Assembly: GCA_045585915.1 (NCBI GenBank)
Contig: JAZMZJ010000086.1
Coordinates: 1-61,911 of the forward strand
Direction: 5' to 3'
Source of the DNA: Faecousia sp.
GTDB lineage: Bacteria > Bacillota > Clostridia > Oscillospirales > Oscillospiraceae
DNA: 61,911 nucleotides
Made by a program: the position numbers and the translations under genes. Each line of letters opens with the position of its first letter. The first letter of the stretch is position 1. The notes below the pieces were generated by a model. That model did no database searches. It worked only from the letters and a program-made list of their open reading frames with translations, and was not told the DNA's origin. Of the stretch, positions 48,180 to 57,804 are shown in pieces.

Positions 48180-49214
48180 ATGGATATGTTAGAACAATTT
48201 TTTGTTTGGTACAACGGCCTGACCGATAGCCTGCTTGGTTCTCTGGCTCTGTTTGCCGTTGGCGTAATTCTGCTCATTAAGGGCGGCGACTGGTTTGTGG
48301 ACAGCGCGGTGGGTATTGCCAAGCGTTTCCGTGTGCCGGAAATCATTATCGGCGCAACAGTGGTGTCTATCGGCACAACTCTGCCGGAGGTTATGGTTTC
48401 CGTTACTGCTGCGGTGAACAATAACGGCGCCATTGCTTATGGCAATGCCATCGGCTCCATCATTTGCAACACAGCCCTCATTGCAGCACTGACCATTGCC
48501 ATAAAGCCTGCCCCTGTTAACCGCAAGACGGTGACAACACCGGTGATTTTCTTCTTTGTATCTGCCGCCATTTATGTGGTTGCCGCCTATATTTTCGGCA
48601 CCTTTGACCGCTGGCTTGGCATCGTGATGCTGGCAGTGTTTGCCGCTTATATGGCATCCACCATCTATAAGGGCTTTAAGAATCCCGAGGCTGTGGAAGC
48701 AGAGGAAGAGGAGCAGGCTGTAAGTGGCTCGCTGATTAAAGACCTTGTGGTGCTGGTGATTAGCGCCGGTCTGATTGCTGTTGGCGCAGATATGCTGGAG
48801 GGATCTTCTGTTTCCCTGGCAACTATGGCCGGCATCCCCACGGAGGTGGTGGGTGTTACGGTGGTTGCCCTTTGTACCTCTCTGCCTGAGCTTGTTACAG
48901 CGGTTACTGCTCTTGTAAAGGGCCACGGCGCCCTGTCCCTGGGTAATATTATCGGCGCCAATATTTTTAACCTGGTGCTGGTATCCGGCACTGCGGTCAC
49001 CATTTCTCCCTTCGCCATTCCCGAAGGCAGTAAGCTGTTTGGAATGAATACCTCTCAGCTCTTTGAAATCCCCCTGATGGTGGGCGTTATGGCCCTGATG
49101 ACCCTGCCTGCTCTGGTAAAGGGTAAGCTGTACCGCTGGCAGGGCGTGGCTCTGCTGGGCATTTACGCAGCCTTTGTGGTGCTTCAGGTGCTTATTGCAG
49201 TGAAAGCAATTTAA
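48180..49214 (+). CDS. calcium/sodium antiporter (YrbG/CaCA family)
   Basis: Alpha repeats GTTLPE...GNAIGS and CTSLPE...GNIIGANIFN. Confidence 0.93.
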   Translation: MDMLEQFFVWYNGLTDSLLGSLALFAVGVILLIKGGDWFVDSAVGIAKRFRVPEIIIGATVVSIGTTLPEVMVSVTAAVNNNGAIAYGNAIGSIICNTALIAALTIAIKPAPVNRKTVTTPVIFFFVSAAIYVVAAYIFGTFDRWLGIVMLAVFAAYMASTIYKGFKNPEAVEAEEEEQAVSGSLIKDLVVLVISAGLIAVGADMLEGSSVSLATMAGIPTEVVGVTVVALCTSLPELVTAVTALVKGHGALSLGNIIGANIFNLVLVSGTAVTISPFAIPEGSKLFGMNTSQLFEIPLMVGVMALMTLPALVKGKLYRWQGVALLGIYAAFVVLQVLIAVKAI

Positions 49215-49217
49215 TAA

Positions 49218-49252
49218 AAAAGAGCAGATGCTTCGCGGCATCTGCTCTTTTG
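49218..49252 (+). terminator. intrinsic terminator
   Basis: AAAGAGCAGATGC-TTCGCG-GCATCTGCTCTTTT. Confidence 0.85.
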
Positions 49253-49326
49253 ATAATACGGCTCTTGCAAATTACAGAAAAATTAGCTATAATGCTAACA
49301 AGATTGGACATGGGAGGCGTATAGCG

Positions 49327-50211
49327 GTGGACGAATTTGTAAGACAGGAGCTGCCCAGTGTGCTGCAAATTGCCAGAATTGTCACTATATTCTACATGGA
49401 GCTTTCCAAGGATTTCAGCGTGGCAGGGGAGCGACACGATTTTTGGGAAATGGTGTACATTGACAAAGGTGAAATGATATGTACCACAGGAGAAAATCAG
49501 TTTATTCTCCGCAGCGGTGAGGTCACTTTCCATAAGCCAAATGAATTTCACAACCTGTCCGGTGACGGCCGGACTGCGCCCAATGTGAGCATTCTCACCT
49601 TTGAGTGCGACAGCCCGGCTATGGACCACTTTGCCGGCAGAATTTTGCGTCTGAATGCAGATGAAAAGCGGTTGCTATCCCTGCTGATGGCGGAGGGCCT
49701 TGCCTGCTTTCGGTTGGAAAACCCGGAAAATCCTTTGCTGCAGAAGCTTCAGCCATTGCCCAATGCGCCCTTTGGCGGCTTGCAGATGATTAAAAACCTG
49801 TTGGAAATTTTCCTCATTCGGCTACACCGCCGCCGGGACAGCCTTTCCAACGAAAGGCGTCAGCAGCTGCTCATTGACGGCGTTGCAGTGAGCTTTGAAA
49901 TTAAGGAAATTTTGGATGTGCTCCAGGGGGGCTTATACTCGAGGCTTACTTTGACGGATATTGCCAAAGCCGTTGGCAAAAGCCGCAGCACAGTGAAAAA
50001 GCTTTTCAGCCGTTTTCAGCCCGGGGGTATTATGCGCTATTATAACAGTTTGAAAATTCGGGAGGCAAAGCGCCTGATTCGGGAAAATCGTCATACCTTG
50101 ACCCAAATTGCGGAATTACTTTGCTTTGACTCGGCACAGTATTTTTCCAAATGCTTCCGGGATGCCACCCATATGTCCCCCAGCCAGTATAAGCAGTCCA
50201 TTGTAAAATAA
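49327..50211 (+). CDS. AraC family transcriptional regulator
   Basis: GTG start after GGGAGG; cupin HDFWEMVY; C-terminal LTQIAELLCFDSAQYFSKCF. Confidence 0.92.
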   Translation: MDEFVRQELPSVLQIARIVTIFYMELSKDFSVAGERHDFWEMVYIDKGEMICTTGENQFILRSGEVTFHKPNEFHNLSGDGRTAPNVSILTFECDSPAMDHFAGRILRLNADEKRLLSLLMAEGLACFRLENPENPLLQKLQPLPNAPFGGLQMIKNLLEIFLIRLHRRRDSLSNERRQQLLIDGVAVSFEIKEILDVLQGGLYSRLTLTDIAKAVGKSRSTVKKLFSRFQPGGIMRYYNSLKIREAKRLIRENRHTLTQIAELLCFDSAQYFSKCFRDATHMSPSQYKQSIVK

Positions 50212-50257
50212 ACAACTACCCGAAAAAAGGCTTTTGGGCCCTTTTTCGGGTAGTTCT

Positions 50258-51484
50258 TTATTTGATTTTTCTTGCCTCCAGATAATAGCGCTTTTCCCGG
50301 GCGTGACCCATGGAAAAGGTTTTTCGGGGGAGGGTACCGCCGGCAACAATACCGGCAAAGAAGCTATCTTTGTCAATGGCAGGCAGCAGGAAACCAATGG
50401 TATTGGGCTTCGCAGACAGCTCCTGCAGGTCCTGCTCACCGTGAATATAGTCCACATCCTGGGGCGCATTCTGCTTGTAGGCATCCAAAAAATGCTGAAG
50501 TACGCCAACAGGCAGCTGCCCGTCACTACAGTCTAAGTACACTGTGCCACGGTTGCTGCCGGCCACCCAGGTTACAGGTTGACCGTCCGGGCAGGCATAG
50601 GAATTCAGGGCCTGCAGCAAGGCGTTGGGATCGGTGTTTTTCACCAGACGGTGAATGGGTTCAAAGCGCTGGGCATCGTGGTGAATATTCTCAAGCTCGG
50701 CAAGGGCATAGCGTGCAGGGTGACCGCATAGGTCTTTTCCGGGGTTTGCCTTTTTCAGGTTTTCGTAGCAGGCCTTGGCTGCGGCAATGGAATGGTTGCC
50801 ATCGCCAATGGCGTAAAGTACGGCGTTTTCCCCAAGGCGGGCTTTTGCCCGGGCTTCGTAGGCGGAAAGCGCCCAGTCAATGGCCTCTGCGTGGCTGCCG
50901 GTGAGCAGGAAGCCACGGATATGACCGCCGCCGGCCATTAGCTCAAAGTCATAAAGGCAAGGCAGCTTTTCCCGGTTTTGGGCGGCGGTTTCAATGAGCT
51001 GCTTTTTGTCGTCATCGCATAATAGCAGCACATGAGGAAGCTCCAAGGGGGCGTCTTTGCGGATCTGCACCCGGGGTGGAATACGCTCCGGCACAGTTTG
51101 CTCCGTTGCCCGAATGGCAGTTGTGCTGCCGGGGTGGTAGTCATAGTGCTCCAAATCCAGCTGCCCCACAATGCCCTGGCGGATACTGCCGTCCAGCAGG
51201 GTGCGCTCCACATAAACATAGCTTTTGGGGTACAGGGCGAAAACCTGCTCGTTTAAGTACCGGGCCATATTGGCATTGATGGCGCTGATGGCGGCAGAAT
51301 CGTCCTCCTGTAAAAATGCCTCCGGCAAAACAAGCTTCAGCGCAGAGGGGCCGTCGCCTGCCAAGTGCGATACTTCTTCCCAATATTCCGGCTGAGAAAC
51401 AAATTGGTCAACAGCGATTACTGCCCAGCTTTCCATTTCACCTGTGCGGGGCAGCAGGATATCTGCTGCTTGGAAAATACCCAT
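50258..51484 (-). CDS. DUF1015 family protein
   Basis: WAVIAVDQF, IRATEQTV, AIGDGNHS, LPRKTFSMG. Confidence 0.88.
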   Translation of the reverse strand: MGIFQAADILLPRTGEMESWAVIAVDQFVSQPEYWEEVSHLAGDGPSALKLVLPEAFLQEDDSAAISAINANMARYLNEQVFALYPKSYVYVERTLLDGSIRQGIVGQLDLEHYDYHPGSTTAIRATEQTVPERIPPRVQIRKDAPLELPHVLLLCDDDKKQLIETAAQNREKLPCLYDFELMAGGGHIRGFLLTGSHAEAIDWALSAYEARAKARLGENAVLYAIGDGNHSIAAAKACYENLKKANPGKDLCGHPARYALAELENIHHDAQRFEPIHRLVKNTDPNALLQALNSYACPDGQPVTWVAGSNRGTVYLDCSDGQLPVGVLQHFLDAYKQNAPQDVDYIHGEQDLQELSAKPNTIGFLLPAIDKDSFFAGIVAGGTLPRKTFSMGHAREKRYYLEARKIK

Positions 51485-51709
51485 TGTTTTAACCACCTTT
51501 CTGTATTTGCATTTATTATAGACCTGTCCGTATAAAATGGCAAGCAGAAGGAATAAATTCGCTATTTTGGTGTAGAAAAATACTTGGTTTCGTTGGATTT
51601 GTGTTGCATATGACAAAAAAATGTGCTATCATATAAGATAGCTATGTATGGCTTGATGGCGGTAATCCACTGCCAATAAAGGACAGAGAAACAAAAAGGA
51701 GCAGTCTCC

Positions 51710-52480
51710 ATGCAGGATAAGCAATATATTAAGAAACAGCATTTTGAGGAAAATGTGGATCTGTGGCGCTATGCCAAGGCGCTGTATAAGCGCATATGGG
51801 CGATTATTTTGGCAACGGTGGTGTTTGCAACAGGCACATTTTTGTTTTCTGCGACCATAATTACTCCCACATATCGCAGCGGATTTATTACATACGTTAA
51901 TAATAAGCTGGAGCTCAGCACTGGCGGCAACACTACGGTTTCCGACCTGAATGCTTCCTATGCTCTGGCATATACCTATGAGTCCATTATCACCAGCCGT
52001 TCCGTCATTGAGGACGCGGTGGCTATTTGCCGGCGCAACGGCACATATCCTGAGGGAGAAAATGTCAGCTATAAGGTGAGTACCTCCGTTGCTGAGAAGG
52101 CGCCGGTAATCAGCGTGTATGTAGAAGCGGCAGATGCTGTGTTCGCCTATGACCTGGCAATGGCCATTGCTCAGGCTGCGCCCAACCATGTGGAGCGGGT
52201 GGTAGAAGGAAGCTCCATGCGGATTATTGATGAGGCCACCTTGCCCGGTAAGCCCAGTGGGCCCAATAACCTTCGTAATGCTGTGCTGGGCGGTTTGGTT
52301 GGCGCAGTGCTGGCTTGTATGATCGTGGTTGCGCTGGAATTCTTTGTGGATAAGGTGCAGAGCACCGATGATCTGGAAAAGCGCTATGATGTGCCTGTCC
52401 TGGGCAGCATACCCGATATTGATCGGGCAAAAAAACAGACCGTCCGTAAAAGCGGTATGGGCAAGGGAGGCAGCAGATGA
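51710..52480 (+). CDS. capsular polysaccharide chain-length regulator (CpsC/Wzz-like)
   Basis: Two TM segments; P..PSGPN..RN; VPVLGSIP. Confidence 0.88.
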   Translation: MQDKQYIKKQHFEENVDLWRYAKALYKRIWAIILATVVFATGTFLFSATIITPTYRSGFITYVNNKLELSTGGNTTVSDLNASYALAYTYESIITSRSVIEDAVAICRRNGTYPEGENVSYKVSTSVAEKAPVISVYVEAADAVFAYDLAMAIAQAAPNHVERVVEGSSMRIIDEATLPGKPSGPNNLRNAVLGGLVGAVLACMIVVALEFFVDKVQSTDDLEKRYDVPVLGSIPDIDRAKKQTVRKSGMGKGGSR

Positions 52481-53166
52481 TGAACATTCGCAGCAATACA
52501 CCCCGTGTGCTTGAAGAGCGCAGCCAAAACCTGCTCAATGAACAAACGCCCTTCGCGGTGCAGGAAGGCTATCGCGTTCTGCGTACCAATGTAATGTTCA
52601 GCTTGCCCGGCGAAGGCTGTAAGTGTGTGGGTGTGACCAGCCCTGCTCCCAATGAAGGCAAAAGCACCACGGCTGCCAACCTGGCCATTGCCTTGGGCCA
52701 AATTGGCAAGAAGGTCATTTTGATTGATTGTGATATGCGTTTGCCTACCGTGGCGGCTACCTTCCATATTCCCGCGGCTCCCGGCCTGAGCGATTTTTTG
52801 GTTGGACAGGCTAAGATTGAGGATGCGGTACGCCGTAGCAACAAGCATGGCATCAGCATTTTACCTGCCGGTAATCTGCCTCCGGACGCCACGGGTCTTC
52901 TGGAGGATAAGCAGCTTGACAGCCTGTTCTCTGCGTTAAGAAAGATTTTTGATTACATTATTGTTGATCTTCCCCCTGTCAATACGGTACCGGATGCAAT
53001 GATTCTGTCCAAGTATATGGAGGGATTCCTCATTGCAATCCGGGAGCAAAAGACCAAACACCGGGAAATTGATCAGATGCTTCGTCAGATTCGTCTTGCA
53101 GATGTACGGGTGCTGGGCTTTGTCGGCACAGGTACAGAGCCGAAAAAGGGAAGCTACTATTATTAA
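52477..53166 (+). CDS. CpsD/CapB-family tyrosine-protein kinase
   Basis: EGYRVLRTN, EGKSTT, IDCDMRLP, IVDLPP, C-terminal YYY. Confidence 0.93.
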   Translation: MMNIRSNTPRVLEERSQNLLNEQTPFAVQEGYRVLRTNVMFSLPGEGCKCVGVTSPAPNEGKSTTAANLAIALGQIGKKVILIDCDMRLPTVAATFHIPAAPGLSDFLVGQAKIEDAVRRSNKHGISILPAGNLPPDATGLLEDKQLDSLFSALRKIFDYIIVDLPPVNTVPDAMILSKYMEGFLIAIREQKTKHREIDQMLRQIRLADVRVLGFVGTGTEPKKGSYYY

Positions 53167-53194
53167 AAAGCAAACACCGGAAGGGGCGAAGCAG

Positions 53195-53914
53195 ATGCTG
53201 GATATGTGTGATATTCATGGGCATTTTCTGCCCGGCATGGATGACGGCTGCCAAACAGTTGACGAGGCCATTGCACTTCTTCGCTACAGCTATGCATCAG
53301 GCATCCACAGAATGTGTGCCACGCCTCATTATTATCCTGTAGAAAGCGTAGAAGATTTTCTCTGCCGCCGGCAGGAAAGTATGCAGCGGCTTAGTGAGCG
53401 TATCGCCCAACTTGGGATAACGGATATTCCCCAGATTCTGCTGGGCGCCGAGGTGGCATATCGGCAGGGGCTTGGAAGCCTGGAGGCGCTGGATAAGCTT
53501 TGCCTGGGAGCTTCCCGGTATATGCTGTTGGAGCTTCCTTTTGAACCTTGGAACAACTCTCTTTTGCGGGATGTCCGCAATATTTGCTGCGTCCAGGAAA
53601 TTACCCCCGTTTTTGCCCACATTGAGCGCTATCTTTCCCTGCAGTCTGATCAGCAGCTTAAGCAGATACTTTCCTGTGGGGGCCTTGTGCAGGTGAATGC
53701 CGGATCTTTGCTTAAGTTTCCCCGTAATCTGCGCGCCCGTGGGCTCATTGCTAAGGGTCAGGCGCAGCTTTTAGGCTCTGACTGTCACAATATGCAGGAT
53801 AGAAAGCCCAACCTCCATTTGGCCCACGACTGGCTGATAGAACACCGCTTATATGATAGGCTGCAGGAAATGGCACAGCTTAGCTGTGAGGTTTTTGAAG
53901 CCGGGACTTTATAG
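53195..53914 (+). CDS. CpsB/CapC-family PHP tyrosine phosphatase
   Basis: DIHGHFLPGMDDG, ATPH, AHIERY, GSDCH. Confidence 0.92.
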   Translation: MLDMCDIHGHFLPGMDDGCQTVDEAIALLRYSYASGIHRMCATPHYYPVESVEDFLCRRQESMQRLSERIAQLGITDIPQILLGAEVAYRQGLGSLEALDKLCLGASRYMLLELPFEPWNNSLLRDVRNICCVQEITPVFAHIERYLSLQSDQQLKQILSCGGLVQVNAGSLLKFPRNLRARGLIAKGQAQLLGSDCHNMQDRKPNLHLAHDWLIEHRLYDRLQEMAQLSCEVFEAGTL

Positions 53915-53931
53915 GAACAGGAGTATAAGCT

Positions 53932-55944
53932 ATGAAAAAACGCGGATTTCGCATGGAACATTGGCACATAATTGCTGCATTGCTGGTTGTTTATGATCTG
54001 ATTGCAGTAAGCGCCTCCTACTTTTTGGCACTGTGGCTGCGCTATGATTGCAAAATCAGCACCATTACTCCGGAATATCTGAATGCGTTTTTCAATAATT
54101 TACCTGTGCATATAGTCATATGTATGCTCACCTTCAGTTTGCTGCGTATGTATAACAGCATTTGGCGTTTTGCCAGCTATAACGAGCTGCTGCGTGTGCT
54201 TGTGTCTACGGTAGTTACGGCTGCTTGTCATATTGCCAGCACTATGATTTTCTTTGAGCGGATGCCCATTTCCTATTATTTTATCGGCGCTTCTATTCAA
54301 TGCGTTATGGTGTTGGGCGTGCGGTTTTCCTACCGGTTTGTGTTGCTCCTGCGCAAGCACAGTGTAAAGGCTTTGGAGGATCAGGGTCTGGACCGGGTGA
54401 TGCTGGTTGGTGCAGGCAATGCCGGCCAAATGCTTTTGCAGGACATCAATAATTTAAGCGACCAGAAGATGCGTGTAGTGTGCATCATTGACGATAATCC
54501 CAACAAATGGGGCAGATATATTCAGGGCGTGCCGGTTGTAGGCGGCCGGGATGTGATTCAGCAAAAGGCCAAAGAATTTGCAGTGCGCAAGATTTTTGTG
54601 GCCATCCCCAGCGCCTCTTCGGAGGATAAGAGTGCAGTGCTCAATATCTGTAAGGAAACCGGCTGCGAGATTAAAAATCTGCCCGGTATGTATCAGCTTG
54701 TTTCCGGCCAGGTGGCTGTGGGCGATATGAAAGATGTGGCGGTGGAGGACCTGCTGGGCAGAAAGCCCATTACCGTCAACATGGACGAAATGAATCAGCA
54801 GATAAACGGAAAGACCGTACTGGTCACCGGTGGCGGCGGATCTATCGGCAGTGAGCTTTGCCGGCAGATTGCTCAGCGCAGCCCCAAGCTGTTGATTATT
54901 TTGGATGTATACGAAAATAATGCCTATGATATTCAGCAGGAGCTGAAGGAGAAGTATCCGCAGCTGAATCTTTTGGTGCTGATTGGCTCTGTGCGGGACA
55001 GCCGCCGGTTGGATAGCATCTTTGCTGCCTATCACCCGGATATCGTTTATCACGCAGCAGCCCACAAGCATGTGCCGCTGATGGAGGATAGCCCCTGCGA
55101 GTCTGTTAAGAATAATGTAATCGGTACATATAAGACCGCCTATGCGGCTTTGTATCATGGCTGCGACCGTTTTGTGCTCATCAGCACCGATAAGGCGGTA
55201 AACCCCACCAATATTATGGGCGCCAGCAAGCGGCTGTGCGAAATGGTCATTCAAAGCTTCGCCCACGCAGTGCAGACCGGTAACGCAGAAAAGCTCCCGG
55301 AGCTTTATACCCATCAGTCGGAGTATTCCGATACACCCAAGTCTTTGGCAGGCAAACAGCTGCGTACCCAGTTCGTGGCGGTGCGCTTTGGTAATGTGCT
55401 GGGCTCCAACGGCTCGGTGATTCCCCTGTTCAAAAAGCAGATCGCCAAGGGCGGTCCGGTACGGGTCACTCACCCGGACATCATCCGGTATTTTATGACC
55501 ATCCCCGAAGCGGTGAGCCTTGTGATGCAGGCAGGCGTTTATGCTAAGGGCGGCGAGATTTTTGTGCTGGATATGGGTGCCCCGGTGAAAATTGACGAAC
55601 TGGCAAGAAACCTCATTAAGCTTTCCGGCTTCAAGCCCGATGTGGATATTCCCATTGTTTACACCGGCCTGCGTCCCGGCGAGAAGCTTTATGAGGAAAA
55701 GCTGATGGCAGAAGAAGGCCTGCAGAAAACGCCCAATGAGTTGATTCATATCGGAAATCCCATCCCCTTTGATGTGGAAACCTTCCTGGTGCAGCTGAAA
55801 AGGTTGATGGATGCGGCTTATCACAACGATGATGAGATTATCGGTTTGGTGGCAGAAATGGTCACCACTTATCACCCGGAGGAAGAGGGCCGAAAGGACG
55901 ATACCTTCGAAAAGCTCAGCCGCGAGGCAGCCGGTGTTGTGTGA
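53932..55944 (+). CDS. CapD/PglF-like nucleoside-diphosphate sugar dehydratase
   Basis: N-terminal TMs; TGGGGSIGSELCRQ, HAAAHKHVP, STDKAV, RFGNVLGS, GLRPGEKLYEE. Confidence 0.95.
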   Translation: MKKRGFRMEHWHIIAALLVVYDLIAVSASYFLALWLRYDCKISTITPEYLNAFFNNLPVHIVICMLTFSLLRMYNSIWRFASYNELLRVLVSTVVTAACHIASTMIFFERMPISYYFIGASIQCVMVLGVRFSYRFVLLLRKHSVKALEDQGLDRVMLVGAGNAGQMLLQDINNLSDQKMRVVCIIDDNPNKWGRYIQGVPVVGGRDVIQQKAKEFAVRKIFVAIPSASSEDKSAVLNICKETGCEIKNLPGMYQLVSGQVAVGDMKDVAVEDLLGRKPITVNMDEMNQQINGKTVLVTGGGGSIGSELCRQIAQRSPKLLIILDVYENNAYDIQQELKEKYPQLNLLVLIGSVRDSRRLDSIFAAYHPDIVYHAAAHKHVPLMEDSPCESVKNNVIGTYKTAYAALYHGCDRFVLISTDKAVNPTNIMGASKRLCEMVIQSFAHAVQTGNAEKLPELYTHQSEYSDTPKSLAGKQLRTQFVAVRFGNVLGSNGSVIPLFKKQIAKGGPVRVTHPDIIRYFMTIPEAVSLVMQAGVYAKGGEIFVLDMGAPVKIDELARNLIKLSGFKPDVDIPIVYTGLRPGEKLYEEKLMAEEGLQKTPNELIHIGNPIPFDVETFLVQLKRLMDAAYHNDDEIIGLVAEMVTTYHPEEEGRKDDTFEKLSREAAGVV

Positions 55945-55978
55945 TAAAAAAGCTTTTGTAAATTTTATGTAACATCCA

Positions 55979-56007
55979 TTGACAATTGCCCGGCAGGCTG
56001 ATATAAT
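55979..56007 (+). promoter_or_regulatory. sigma-A promoter for mntP operon
   Basis: TTGACA-17 nt-TATAAT. Confidence 0.85.
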
Positions 56008-56038
56008 GCCCCAGGCTTCACAAGGAGAGATAATTTAT

Positions 56039-56608
56039 ATGGGTTTTGCAGAGCTGGCGCTGCTGGCACTTGGCCTGAGTATGGATGCCTTTGCAGTGTC
56101 CATTTGCAAGGGCCTGGCAATGAAAAAATCATCCCTAAAGGCAAGCGCTCTGTGCGGCGTGTGGTTTGGCGGCTTTCAGGCACTGATGCCCCTGATTGGT
56201 TTTTATCTGGGAAGCATGTTTGCCGATAAGATTGAAGCCTTTGACCATTGGGTGGCTTTCGGCCTGCTGGCCATTATCGGCATCAATATGTTGAAGGAAG
56301 CTTTCAGCAAATGCGATTGCTGCGATGACACCGATGCCGACTTGTCTGTAAAGACCATGTTCGTTATGGCGGTGGCAACCTCTATTGATGCTCTGGCTGT
56401 GGGTATCTCTCTGGCTATGTCCGGCAATGTGGATATTTTCCTGGCAATTGCTCTGATTGGTGTCATCACCCTGCTGATGGCGGCTTTGGGCGTAAAAATC
56501 GGCAGCATCTTTGGCAGCCGCTTTGAAAAAAAAGCGCAGATTGCCGGCGGCGTGATTTTGATTTTGCTTGGTCTTAAGATTCTGCTGGAGCATCTGGGGG
56601 TGCTTTGA
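56039..56608 (+). CDS. mntP: manganese efflux pump MntP family
   Basis: LSMDAFAVS, ATSIDALAVG, GGVILI.LG.KIL. Confidence 0.9.
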   Translation: MGFAELALLALGLSMDAFAVSICKGLAMKKSSLKASALCGVWFGGFQALMPLIGFYLGSMFADKIEAFDHWVAFGLLAIIGINMLKEAFSKCDCCDDTDADLSVKTMFVMAVATSIDALAVGISLAMSGNVDIFLAIALIGVITLLMAALGVKIGSIFGSRFEKKAQIAGGVILILLGLKILLEHLGVL

Positions 56609-57073
56609 TTGAAGCGGACGCCGAAACGGTTTGCACTATGCCTTTGCCTGATTGCGCTGAATTTGGCGGTGATCTGGGGCAGCTCTTTGATGGATGCTGA
56701 AGCATCTTCCGCATTCAGCGGTTTTGTAGGCAGCATCGTTAACTGGTTTTTCCCCGGCGCAGATGCAGCGCAAGGGGGCGCAGGTCACGGGCTGCTTCGA
56801 AAGATTGGCCATTTTGCCGAGTTTTGCTCTTTGGGTATGCTGCTTGCCTGGCTGACAGGTATGCTGTGTAAAGGCAAATGGCAGCTTTACTTGCTGCCGC
56901 TGGCTGCAGGCATTATGGTTGCCTGCATGGATGAGACCATTCAGCTTTTTGTTCCCGGACGTGCCGGGCTAATCACCGATGTAGGTATCGATGCCCTGGG
57001 CTGCGCTCTTGGCATCGTGCTGATAAATGTAAGCAAACAACTTAAAATAAATTTTTTGGAGGAAACAAAATAA
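56609..57073 (+). CDS. VanZ family protein
   Basis: RKIGHFAEF, DETIQLFVPGR...DV.ID. Confidence 0.88.
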   Translation: MKRTPKRFALCLCLIALNLAVIWGSSLMDAEASSAFSGFVGSIVNWFFPGADAAQGGAGHGLLRKIGHFAEFCSLGMLLAWLTGMLCKGKWQLYLLPLAAGIMVACMDETIQLFVPGRAGLITDVGIDALGCALGIVLINVSKQLKINFLEETK

Positions 57074-57627
57074 TGAAAAAGTTAATTGCTATTTTGCTGG
57101 CTCTGACCGTAGTGTGCAGCTTTGCCGCTTGCGGTAACACCAATAATGAGCCTGAGGTTAAGCTGCCCGCTTCTGCTCTGGAAGTGATGGAGACTGTTTG
57201 GGCATCCTACGGTGAGGACGAGATGTTCTTCGCCATGGGCGGCGGTTATGAGTCCCTGACCGACGGCAAGCCCGGCGCCGTTGCTGCTACCGACACCGAT
57301 ACCCTGCAGTTTATGCTGCTGGTGCCCGAGGCACAGCTGTCCAGCGTGACCGAGGCTGCTTCTCTGCTGCACGCTATGAACGCCAATACTTTCACCGGTG
57401 CTACCTTCAAGGTTGCCGATGCTGCTGCTTTTGTTACCGCTATGCAGACTGCTGTGCAGAACAATCAGTGGATGTGCGGCTTCCCCGAGGAACTTCTGAT
57501 CGTCACCTTCGGCAACGAGTTTGCCACCGTGGTGTTCGGCAACGGCGAGCTGGTTGCTAACTTCCAGTCTAAGCTGACTGCTGCTTATCCTGATGCTGTG
57601 ATTGCAGTAAGCGAGCCCATCGCCTAA
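57073..57627 (+). CDS. hypothetical lipoprotein
   Basis: Lipobox FAAC; MNANTFTG and NNQWMCGFPE; followed by terminator at ~57639-57670. Confidence 0.8.
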   Translation: MKKLIAILLALTVVCSFAACGNTNNEPEVKLPASALEVMETVWASYGEDEMFFAMGGGYESLTDGKPGAVAATDTDTLQFMLLVPEAQLSSVTEAASLLHAMNANTFTGATFKVADAAAFVTAMQTAVQNNQWMCGFPEELLIVTFGNEFATVVFGNGELVANFQSKLTAAYPDAVIAVSEPIA

Positions 57628-57804
57628 TCAAACCCCATAAAAGCGGCAGGGGAGACCCTGCCGCTTTTTTAATTCTGAATGCTAAATTATGGATTATAGT
57701 TAGTTGCCCATAATTTATAATTTAGCATTTATAATTTACAGTTGTGTACAAAAGCAAGTATTTGTGGTATAATATCTTTTAATGTACATAAGGAGGTTGA
57801 GCCA

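Noticed and set aside
56008-56038. yybP-ykoY manganese riboswitch upstream of mntP
   Set aside because: Only about 30 nt between the -10 box and the start codon, too short for the aptamer
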